Below are positions 9,270 through 17,227 of a DNA stretch of 35,490 bases, piece by piece. Source of the stretch: an uncultured Deinococcales bacterium. GTDB lineage: Bacteria; Deinococcota; Deinococci; Deinococcales; JAAFIG01. The stretch is from positions 1 through 35,490 of the forward strand of contig CAXTKV010000028.1 of the NCBI GenBank assembly GCA_964244895.1, in the 5' to 3' direction. The position numbers were made by a program, and so were the translations under genes. Under the pieces are notes generated by a model. It was not told the origin of the DNA. It made no database searches and was given only the letters and a program-made list of their open reading frames with translations. Every line of letters starts with the position of its first letter. Positions within the stretch are counted from its first letter, which is position 1.

Positions 9270-12200
9270 ACGCTGCCCATCACATCCTGAGATCGCTGGT
9301 CAATCGGTCTTGGTGCCCGAGAACCCGATCCGGCATCGCGCTCGGATTGGCGGCCTTCGGGCTGGTGCTCGCGCTCCCGCAGACGCGTGGCCAATCGGTC
9401 GAGGTCTCCAACCCGGCCAGCCTGAACCTGCCGTTGGCCAGCGTCGGCAACGGGGTCGGCTGGAAGATCGGCAATGAGGATTACCGCATCGTCGTTCCCG
9501 CCGCCGCAGCCGACCGAGAGACGAGCATCGAGGTCTACAGCCCGGAGATCAACCTGAACGACTACGCCAACAAGCGCAGCCGAACAGGCTACTACGGCGA
9601 CGAACTCTACGGCAAGACGGCCACGCTGACATCCACCTTCGCCATCACCCGACCGGACGGCTCGAGCCTGTACAAACAGGCGTTCATGCCCGGCAACCGG
9701 CACAGTTGGGTGCAGTTCTACGGCGGCAAATTGCAAGCGGGCATCTACCCGATGACCGTCAATTCTCTCGGTACGGGCAAGAATGCCTTCGCCTTGCGCG
9801 CCAGCGCAGGCGTTCGCATCGAAGCCAGCCAGTTCACCGTCAACGCGCGCGGCAGATTCGACCAGGATCAGGTCGTGGGCTTCATCAACCTGCCCTCGAG
9901 CGCCATCGGCAAGAGGATCAAACTCTCCAACTACGACGTGGACGGCCCCAAAGAAATGATCCTGACGCTGGTCTTTCCGGACGGCAAACGCCGCCAGTTG
10001 ACCTCCTCTGCGGATGCGAAATGGGCCACCGACGAGATCGTGGTCAGCAAGGCCAACCAGGGTGCCTGGAAGATCCTGGCGCGCATCCTGCCGACCACCA
10101 CGCAATTCTCGAACGCCTTCGCGGTCAGGTTGCGCCTGAATGACCAGCCCTTCTACGTGCAGATTCCGGGCTTCGCTTCGCCTGCCGGACGCCCCATCGC
10201 GGCTCCGACGCCACCCCCGCCACCGCCGCCCGCCGTGGTCACGGGAATGCTGCGCGTCAACGCCGCCGTGGTCGCCTGCGGTGTCGTCACGCCGCTGCCG
10301 AGCGCAAACTTCACCATCAACGGCGTCAAGGGCAAGGCTCCGGTCACGCTCGATCTCGAGCCGGGCGAGTACGAACTGACGCCGGACGGTTTGCCGGGCT
10401 CGAGCGCCAAGGTCACTGTGGTCGTGATCAAACCGAACGAAACCACCGATGTGACGCTCACCTACACCGTTGCCAGCGCGGTCAAGCTCGAGCCCAAGAC
10501 GCTCAACCTGCAGGTTGGACAGACCGCCACGCTGGGCGTGACGGTCACGAACGGTTTCCCGTCCGCCGTGCCCGTCAAGGTCAAGGTCGTGTTGCCGGAT
10601 GGTCTGACGGCGACCGGGCCGTCCGCGCTCGAAGGCGAAGTCTCGGCCAGCCGCCCGCTGACCCTGGCCATTCCCGTGCGGGCTGACGCCGTGATTTCCG
10701 GCGGTGCGGTGCGCGCCAGCCTGGAAGCGGATTGCGGCCCCGCCGACACCAGCACCGTCAACACCGTCGGGAAGGCCCAACTGAGCCTTCAGAAGACCGT
10801 GGACAAGGAATCCGTCGAACCGGGCGACAAGGTCAACTTCACGCTAAACGTCACCAACAGCGGCAACCTGACCGCCAAGGGCGTGCAACTGACCGACAAC
10901 CTGCCGGACGGCTTGACCGGTGACGGGTTGCGCGAAAGCTTCGATCTCGAGCCTGGAGCCAGCAAGAGCTTCACCGTGCCAGCCACGGTCAACGCCACGG
11001 CGCGCGGCGATCTGGTCAACACGGCCACCGTCACCTGGGAAGGCCAGCGCCAGAACGCGACCGCCAAACTGAGCGTTCAGGTTCCGCAACTGAAACTCGA
11101 GAAAACCGTGGACAAGGCCACCGCCAATCCCGGCGACACGGTCACGTTCAAACTGACCGTCACCAACAACGGCGCTGCGCCCGCCAGGGGCGTGCAGTTG
11201 ACGGACGCGCTGCCCGCCGGACTGAGCGGACAGGCGCTCGATGAGCGCTTCGACCTCGAGCCGGGGGCGTCAAAAAGCTTCAGCCTGCCAGCGACGGTCA
11301 ACGCTGGTGCGAGTGGTGATCTGACCAACACGGCCAGGATCAACTTCAACGCGCAGACCTCAGAGGCGAGCGCCACGGTCAGCATCGCGGCGCTACCCGC
11401 GCAAGCCGATCTGGCCGTGACCAAGACCGCCAGCGCCACCCGCATCCGACCCGGCGATCCGGTCACGTATACCTTGAGCGTCACCAACAGCGGCCCATCC
11501 GATGCGACCGGCGTGACGCTGACGGACGCGCTGCCCAGTGGTCTGACGTTCAACAGCGCCATCTCGAGCCAGGGAACCTGCGCGTCGACGGGCAACACGA
11601 TCACCTGTGCGTTCGGGAACCTCGCCAACGGTGCGAGCGCCAGTGCGACCGTCAAGACCACCAGCGCCGCCAACGCGACGGGCAAACTGGTCAACGCTGC
11701 CTTGGTTAAAGGCAACGAGCCCGATCCGGTGAGCGACAACAACACCGCCGAGAACACCGTCGAGGTCGGCCCACCCGCCCAGGGTTCCGTGCGCGTCACG
11801 GCCACCGCCGTCTCTTGCGGTTCGCGCAGCCCGATCAGCGGGCCAGCCTTCACGCTCAACGGCCAGCGCTACCAGACGCCCGCCGCCGTCTCGCTCGCGC
11901 CTGGCGAGTACACCGTGACCCCCGAAGCCGTCGCGGGCTCGAGCACCAGCCCCGTCAAGATCACCGTCAGGGACGGCGAAACCGCCGCTGCGAACCTGGA
12001 ATATGCCGTTGCCAGCGCGCTCAAGCTCGAGCCGAAAACGCTCGATCTGAAGCTCGGTCAGTCGGCCAACGTGACGGCGACCGCCTCGAGCGCGTTCCCG
12101 TACCCGATCCCCGCTTCGATCAGTTTGACGCTGCCGGATGGTCTGTCCACCACGGCACCGTTGAAGCTCGACGGGCAGATATCAAAAGACAAACCGCTGT

Positions 12201-15200
12201 CCCTGACAGTGCCTGTGAAGGCCACGAAGACCGTCCAGGACGGTGTCTTGCGCGCGAACCTCGAGCCCGACTGCGGGATCACCGACAGCCTCTCGATCAA
12301 CGCCACCGCCAACGAACTGCCCGCCGCCCGCCGCGAGAGCGAAGTCGTGCTGCTGGCTCGCGTAAATGAAGCGCCCACCAACGGCTACATTGTGCTGGCC
12401 GACCGCATCCCGGCAGGCTCGAACTACATCGCGGGCTCGAGCCGATTGCTCAAAAATCCCAAGCTTCAGGAAACCGCCCTGCCGACCACGGGCGAATGGA
12501 CGCCGAACGCGGATGCGGCACTCACGCCCATCGGCGATCCGCTCGTGTCCGGTGACCGCTTGTTCTGGGTGATTCCGGCCACGCCCGCCGCGCTCGCACG
12601 ATTCGGCTTGAGAGCCCAGGTCGCCAGCCGACGCGGTACGAATCTGGTGATGTATGCCGATACGACCCTGGGTGTGGTGTACCGCCTGGTGCACACGACT
12701 GCGCTCGAGATGCCCAAAGACCGCGTCGGCGTGCTGTTGGTGCTGCCCGGCGCTCGCTCAGCCGCGCCCGAGACGCGCAACCCGGTCGCGCTCGACCCGA
12801 ACAGCATCGCGGGTCAGCTCGTCGGGCTGGGCGACCTGCGGCTGGCCCAGGGCGATGCCGGACTGCTCGAGGCCTTCGCGGCGGCGCGACCCTTCGGCGC
12901 AATGCCGGTTGAACAGACCCAACCCGTCGGCGGCCCCGCGACCAGCATCCGCCTCTCGCCCGTCCGACTGACCAACGCGCAGACCGACCAACCCGCCCTG
13001 TTGATCGAAGCCTTCGACAGGGACGGCAAGCCCGCCAACGATGCCTTCGTGACCCTGGAGGTCTCGCCGGAACCCGCCGCGCCGGACGCCGCACCCGCAC
13101 AATCCGGCTACCAGGCCAGGCTCGAGAACGGTCGGGCGATCGTCAAACTGACCGGCCTGAACCAGCAGTTCAACGCCAACCCGCCCGTCAACGACGTGAC
13201 CGCGCAGGCGCGCATCACCAACGCGGGCGGCACGGTTTCATCCAGCACGCGCTGGAACGCCAGAGACCTGAGCGTGGTTGAACTCGCGCCAGCGCAACTT
13301 CCGGTGCAGGATTCGCCGCGCCCGTGGGTCGCCCTCGGCGCGACCGGCGTGCAACTCAACCTGCCGTTCGGCAGTGACCCATTCTCGGTGGCCGGATCGC
13401 TCGGGGCGTTCGCTCGGGGCAACGTCTTCGGCGACGCGGTGCTGACCATCGCGGTCAACTGGCGCGCCACCTACGACGGCGCTCTGAGCGTCACCGGCAG
13501 CCTGCTGCCGCCCGCCAACCCGTATGAACGCTTCCCGTTGTTGGGCGATTCCAGCATCCTGGGCGCGGACGCGCGCTCGAGCGAAGGCACCTACATCAAG
13601 CTCGAGAAGGGCCAAAGCTACGTGATGTACGGCCAGATCAACACGGGCTTCACGGGTCTGCTAAACCGTTACGCGCAGGATTTCAACGGCTTGCAGGGCC
13701 TGATCCGCACGGATGCGTTCGCCGTGAACGCCTTCGCGGCCTGGGTGCCGAACGCCAACGATTTTTACCGCAAGCAGGGCGATGTCTCGGCGCTCTACCT
13801 GATCGGCAAGCCCGTCGTGGACTCGAGCGAACGCGCCGTGGTGGTCGTGTACGACCGCAACAACCCCAGCTTGAAGATCAGCGAAACCGCGCTGGTGCGC
13901 GGACGCGATTACCAGATCGATTACGGTTCTGGCGTGATCGAACTCAGCAAGCCGCTGACCGCGCAAGACGCCAACGGCAACCCGCAGTTCCTGGAAGTCC
14001 AGTTCGGCTCGAGCGTCCCGAGCTTCGGATTGCGCGCAGGCGCGCAGGCCAGACTGAACCTGGGCAGCGCCTGGAGCCTCAGCGCCACCGGCCTGTACTA
14101 CGATCCCGTCGCCAACCTGGGCTTGCTCGGCGCGGGCATCGGCTACAACGCGGAAAACCTGCAATTCAGCGTCGAAGGCAGCATCAGCGGTTCCGCCCCG
14201 GCGCTGGCGGCGCAGTTCAGCACGAATTCCGCCAACGCGCAATTCAACTTCCGCTACCAGGAACTCTGGCCCGGTTACGTCGATCCGAACACCGCCACCA
14301 GTTCCGGCACGGGCCGCGCGGTGCAGGCCAACTTCACCTGGCGTCCGTCGGAGACGTTCAGCATCAACGCCAGCCTGGCGCACAACCAGTACTTCACCGG
14401 CTCGAGCGCGGGCAACGCGGACGACGCTTTCAGCCTCGAGGCGCGCAACCGCTTCGGCTTCCTGACGGCGGCGCTCGGATTGGCGGGTAAGCTCGAGTTC
14501 ACGGGTGGAGCCTCCAACGACTCGCCGCTGACCGGACTGTGGCTCACGGGCGGCCTGGAAATCCCGATCGGGGCGTTCACCTTCGCCGCCACGCAGCGCG
14601 TGCCGATCACGGGCGGAACCTACGGCCAGACCGCCTTCCTGATCGATTACGCCATCAGCTCGAACTTCGGGATTCGCCTGGCGGACACGCTGATCTACGA
14701 ACCCGCAGGCGTGCGCCAGCAACTGAGCTTCGGCGCTCGAGGAGCCTTCGCCAACGCCGACTTGCTGCGCGTCGCGCTCGGCAACGCGCTCGAGACGCCC
14801 GAAGCTTTCGGTACGACCAACATTTCAGCGACCTACGACATGGACACGACGGATGGCAACGCCAGCCGCGCGCGCCTGGGTCTGGACACGAACATCCCGC
14901 TGGGTTCAAACTTCAGCGCCCAACTCGGCGGCGAACTGATCTCACCGGTCGCCTCGCCCAGCACGGGCGGCCTGTACCTGGGACTTCTGTACAGCCAGGA
15001 GCGCACCAAGGCCAGCGCTCGAGCCACCTACTCGATCCAGCCGTCCGGTGTGAAACAGGTCTACAGCCTGGGTGGAATCTTCGAGCTTTCGCCCGAACTG
15101 GTGCTCGGCCCGAGCCTCGAGTACGCCAACGGCCCGGAAGGTGAGGGCGGCAAGTTCAGCATCGCGGGCGCGTACCGGGGCGACGACTGGAGCATCCTGA

Positions 15201-15622
15201 CCAACAACCGTGGCCGCTTCGGTTTCTACGCGCCGCAATCCGGTGGCAAGCCCGTCGACCAGATCGAGGGCGAACTGTGGTTCGGCTACCAGGCTTCTGA
15301 ACGCTTCTTCGTGCGCTTCGGCAGCGCGTACCTGGCGAGCGCCACGGACTTCACCGCCAAGATCGCGGGTGGCGTGACGTACTTCTTCACGGATCGCCTG
15401 GGTGCGGGCCTGGCCGCCAGCTACATCTTCAGCCCATCGAACGGCCTGAGCGCCCTGGTGTTCGGCCTGGAGGGTTCTTACCGGGTGTTCGACGGCTTTC
15501 TGTTCACGGTCGGGCTGAACCTGAACGGCGCGACCGGACTGGGCGCGTTCAACCTGCAACCGGGGTTGTACTTCCGCTTGGACTGGAAGTTCGACGAGCA
15601 GACCTTCGGGTTTGGCCGCTAA
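9266..15622 (+). CDS. Large DUF11-domain protein with a probable C-terminal outer-membrane beta-barrel (2118 aa)
   Basis: ATGA overlap with the upstream stop; signal peptide; three DUF11-like units (LSLQKTVDK, LKLEKTVDK, DLAVTKTA); from about 13320 onward, alternating Gly/aromatic amphipathic strands ending GLYFRLDWKF. Confidence 0.75.
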   Translation: MNAAHHILRSLVNRSWCPRTRSGIALGLAAFGLVLALPQTRGQSVEVSNPASLNLPLASVGNGVGWKIGNEDYRIVVPAAAADRETSIEVYSPEINLNDYANKRSRTGYYGDELYGKTATLTSTFAITRPDGSSLYKQAFMPGNRHSWVQFYGGKLQAGIYPMTVNSLGTGKNAFALRASAGVRIEASQFTVNARGRFDQDQVVGFINLPSSAIGKRIKLSNYDVDGPKEMILTLVFPDGKRRQLTSSADAKWATDEIVVSKANQGAWKILARILPTTTQFSNAFAVRLRLNDQPFYVQIPGFASPAGRPIAAPTPPPPPPPAVVTGMLRVNAAVVACGVVTPLPSANFTINGVKGKAPVTLDLEPGEYELTPDGLPGSSAKVTVVVIKPNETTDVTLTYTVASAVKLEPKTLNLQVGQTATLGVTVTNGFPSAVPVKVKVVLPDGLTATGPSALEGEVSASRPLTLAIPVRADAVISGGAVRASLEADCGPADTSTVNTVGKAQLSLQKTVDKESVEPGDKVNFTLNVTNSGNLTAKGVQLTDNLPDGLTGDGLRESFDLEPGASKSFTVPATVNATARGDLVNTATVTWEGQRQNATAKLSVQVPQLKLEKTVDKATANPGDTVTFKLTVTNNGAAPARGVQLTDALPAGLSGQALDERFDLEPGASKSFSLPATVNAGASGDLTNTARINFNAQTSEASATVSIAALPAQADLAVTKTASATRIRPGDPVTYTLSVTNSGPSDATGVTLTDALPSGLTFNSAISSQGTCASTGNTITCAFGNLANGASASATVKTTSAANATGKLVNAALVKGNEPDPVSDNNTAENTVEVGPPAQGSVRVTATAVSCGSRSPISGPAFTLNGQRYQTPAAVSLAPGEYTVTPEAVAGSSTSPVKITVRDGETAAANLEYAVASALKLEPKTLDLKLGQSANVTATASSAFPYPIPASISLTLPDGLSTTAPLKLDGQISKDKPLSLTVPVKATKTVQDGVLRANLEPDCGITDSLSINATANELPAARRESEVVLLARVNEAPTNGYIVLADRIPAGSNYIAGSSRLLKNPKLQETALPTTGEWTPNADAALTPIGDPLVSGDRLFWVIPATPAALARFGLRAQVASRRGTNLVMYADTTLGVVYRLVHTTALEMPKDRVGVLLVLPGARSAAPETRNPVALDPNSIAGQLVGLGDLRLAQGDAGLLEAFAAARPFGAMPVEQTQPVGGPATSIRLSPVRLTNAQTDQPALLIEAFDRDGKPANDAFVTLEVSPEPAAPDAAPAQSGYQARLENGRAIVKLTGLNQQFNANPPVNDVTAQARITNAGGTVSSSTRWNARDLSVVELAPAQLPVQDSPRPWVALGATGVQLNLPFGSDPFSVAGSLGAFARGNVFGDAVLTIAVNWRATYDGALSVTGSLLPPANPYERFPLLGDSSILGADARSSEGTYIKLEKGQSYVMYGQINTGFTGLLNRYAQDFNGLQGLIRTDAFAVNAFAAWVPNANDFYRKQGDVSALYLIGKPVVDSSERAVVVVYDRNNPSLKISETALVRGRDYQIDYGSGVIELSKPLTAQDANGNPQFLEVQFGSSVPSFGLRAGAQARLNLGSAWSLSATGLYYDPVANLGLLGAGIGYNAENLQFSVEGSISGSAPALAAQFSTNSANAQFNFRYQELWPGYVDPNTATSSGTGRAVQANFTWRPSETFSINASLAHNQYFTGSSAGNADDAFSLEARNRFGFLTAALGLAGKLEFTGGASNDSPLTGLWLTGGLEIPIGAFTFAATQRVPITGGTYGQTAFLIDYAISSNFGIRLADTLIYEPAGVRQQLSFGARGAFANADLLRVALGNALETPEAFGTTNISATYDMDTTDGNASRARLGLDTNIPLGSNFSAQLGGELISPVASPSTGGLYLGLLYSQERTKASARATYSIQPSGVKQVYSLGGIFELSPELVLGPSLEYANGPEGEGGKFSIAGAYRGDDWSILTNNRGRFGFYAPQSGGKPVDQIEGELWFGYQASERFFVRFGSAYLASATDFTAKIAGGVTYFFTDRLGAGLAASYIFSPSNGLSALVFGLEGSYRVFDGFLFTVGLNLNGATGLGAFNLQPGLYFRLDWKFDEQTFGFGR

Positions 15623-15634
15623 GCCTTCAATCCG

Positions 15635-15674
15635 CTCGAGCCTCGGGGACTGGTTCCTCGAGGCTCGAGTTTTT
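15635..15674 (+). terminator. Intrinsic terminator of the two-gene surface-protein operon
   Basis: ctcgagcctcgggga-ctggt-tcctcgaggctcgag followed by ttttt, just after the stop at 15622. Confidence 0.85.
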
Positions 15675-15737
15675 GGTGCGTCAAGGGCTGGTTCTCGAGC
15701 CTGCGACGATCCCGACTCAAAGAGCGAACTGTTCTAA

Positions 15738-15795
15738 GAAGACCGTCCAGGACGGCGTTTCTGAAGCTCGAGGATTCGCGTGCTGGACGGTCTTC
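15738..15795. repeat. Palindromic repeat family copy
   Basis: gaagaccgtccaggacg...cgtgctggacggtcttc. Confidence 0.85.
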
Positions 15796-15879
15796 CCGAG
15801 CCGGGGTCGCTCGAGTACCCGACGTGAAGAAGCTGGGCCATCTGCGACCCGCCAGCCGATTCGATCCGAACCCAGGCGA

Positions 15880-15885
15880 TACGAT
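15880..15885 (+). promoter_or_regulatory. -10 box of a probable leaderless mazG transcript
   Basis: TACGAT 6 nt before ATG 15892; no SD sequence. Confidence 0.6.
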
Positions 15886-15891
15886 GAACGC

Positions 15892-16527
15892 ATGGAGAAA
15901 CTCTTGAGCGTCATGCGCCGCCTGCGCGCCCCGGACGGCTGCCCGTGGGATCGGGAACAGACCCACGAAAGCCTCAAACCGTACCTCTTGGAAGAGGCCG
16001 CTGAAGCGGTCGATGCCATCGGCACGGAGGAACCGCTCGAGGTCGCATCCGAACTCGGTGACGTGCTGTTGCAGGTCGCGTTTCACAGCGTGATCGCGGA
16101 AGAAACGGACGCGTTTTCTTACGAATCCGTCGAGAACGCCATCGTCGAAAAGCTGATCCGTCGCCACCCGCACGTTTTTGGCACCGTCAACGTTGCGGAC
16201 AGCCAGGACGTCGTGACCAACTGGCAGGCGATCAAGGCGCAGGAACGCGCGGGCAAACCCGAGAAACACCCCGCAGAGCGCGTCCCGAGGGCGCTCGGGG
16301 CGCTGGCTCGAGCGGCGCAAGTGGCCAAAGCGCTCGAGCTTCCGAAGGGCGCAAAGGCGGATGCGCTCGAGGCCATCAGGCGCGCCACGGACGATGCCGA
16401 TGGCGTTTCAGACGTGCTCGAAGCGGTCGTGGCCTGGGCGCGCGGTGCGGGCATCGACCCGGAAATTGCGCTGCGGGAGCGCGCAGATCGGCGCGTGCGG
16501 GTCGCGGTTTCGGGGGCGAAAGCTTGA
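15892..16527 (+). CDS. mazG: MazG-family nucleoside triphosphate pyrophosphohydrolase
   Basis: LRAPDGCPWDREQTHESL..YLLEEA.E, ELGDVLLQV.FH, KLIRRHPHVF; start re-called to MEKLL. Confidence 0.9.
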   Translation: MEKLLSVMRRLRAPDGCPWDREQTHESLKPYLLEEAAEAVDAIGTEEPLEVASELGDVLLQVAFHSVIAEETDAFSYESVENAIVEKLIRRHPHVFGTVNVADSQDVVTNWQAIKAQERAGKPEKHPAERVPRALGALARAAQVAKALELPKGAKADALEAIRRATDDADGVSDVLEAVVAWARGAGIDPEIALRERADRRVRVAVSGAKA

Positions 16528-17135
16528 AGCTCGAGGACTGGCCGGAACGCCCGGAACGCTGGACGGACGCTTTGAACCTGCGCCAGCGCGCGACCCTGGA
16601 AATTCCAGAATTTCGCCGCGCCGCCGTGCTGGTCGGTTTGACGCTCGAGCCGCAACCGAAAATCCTGCTGACGGTTCGCACCAACGATCTGCCGACGCAC
16701 AAGGGCCAGATCAGCTTCCCCGGCGGCTCGCTCGAACCCGGCGAGGACGCGCTGACGGGTGCGCTGCGCGAAGCCCACGAGGAGGTCGGCCTGGAACGCG
16801 ACCTGGTGCGCCCCATCGGTTTGCTGGACGATGTCTGGACGCCTCAGGGCTTTCTGGTCACGCCGCTCCTGGCCGCGATTTCGGCGCAGCCCCGGCTGGA
16901 ATTAAATGCGCGAGAAGTCAGCGAAGTCTTGTTCGTGCCGATTTCCGATCTGATCGCACTGGAACCTCGTCTCGAGACGCGCCAGCCCGCGCCCGGCATG
17001 CGCTTCCCGAGCTCGGAATCCGGCATCGGCCCGCGCGAGGTGATCCATTACGACTGGCGCGGCTACGACATCTGGGGCATGACCGCCCGCGTGATCCAGG
17101 TGCTTCTGGAACTGACGGAAGCTCGAGCGAGCTGA
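16524..17135 (+). CDS. Nudix hydrolase, CoA pyrophosphatase family
   Basis: LLTVR...L..HKGQISFPGG, Nudix box ALREAHEEVG, IWGMTA; TTG overlaps the mazG stop. Confidence 0.9.
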   Translation: MKLEDWPERPERWTDALNLRQRATLEIPEFRRAAVLVGLTLEPQPKILLTVRTNDLPTHKGQISFPGGSLEPGEDALTGALREAHEEVGLERDLVRPIGLLDDVWTPQGFLVTPLLAAISAQPRLELNAREVSEVLFVPISDLIALEPRLETRQPAPGMRFPSSESGIGPREVIHYDWRGYDIWGMTARVIQVLLELTEARAS

Positions 17136-17173
17136 CGGAGAGTCACCTTCGGGCTGGGTTCTCGAAATATAAG

Positions 17174-17216
17174 GCGTGCCGGACGGCCATTCCACCAGGA
17201 ACACCGTCCAGGACGC
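17174..17216. repeat. Palindromic repeat family copy with arms in swapped order
   Basis: gcgtgccggacgg...gaacaccgtccaggacgc, between convergent genes. Confidence 0.75.
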
Positions 17217-17227
17217 AGTTTTAACAC

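Noticed and set aside
654..15559. Many long antisense or alternate-frame ORFs over the two giant genes (e.g. 3399-5003, 5427-7205, 9248-10780)
   Set aside because: Shadow ORFs expected from high-GC codon bias and repeats; they have no motifs or RBS and fully overlap clear genes.
15673..15891. 73-aa N-terminal extension of MazG in the ORF track
   Set aside because: It reads through terminator-adjacent and repeat DNA; family similarity and a -10 box point to ATG 15892.
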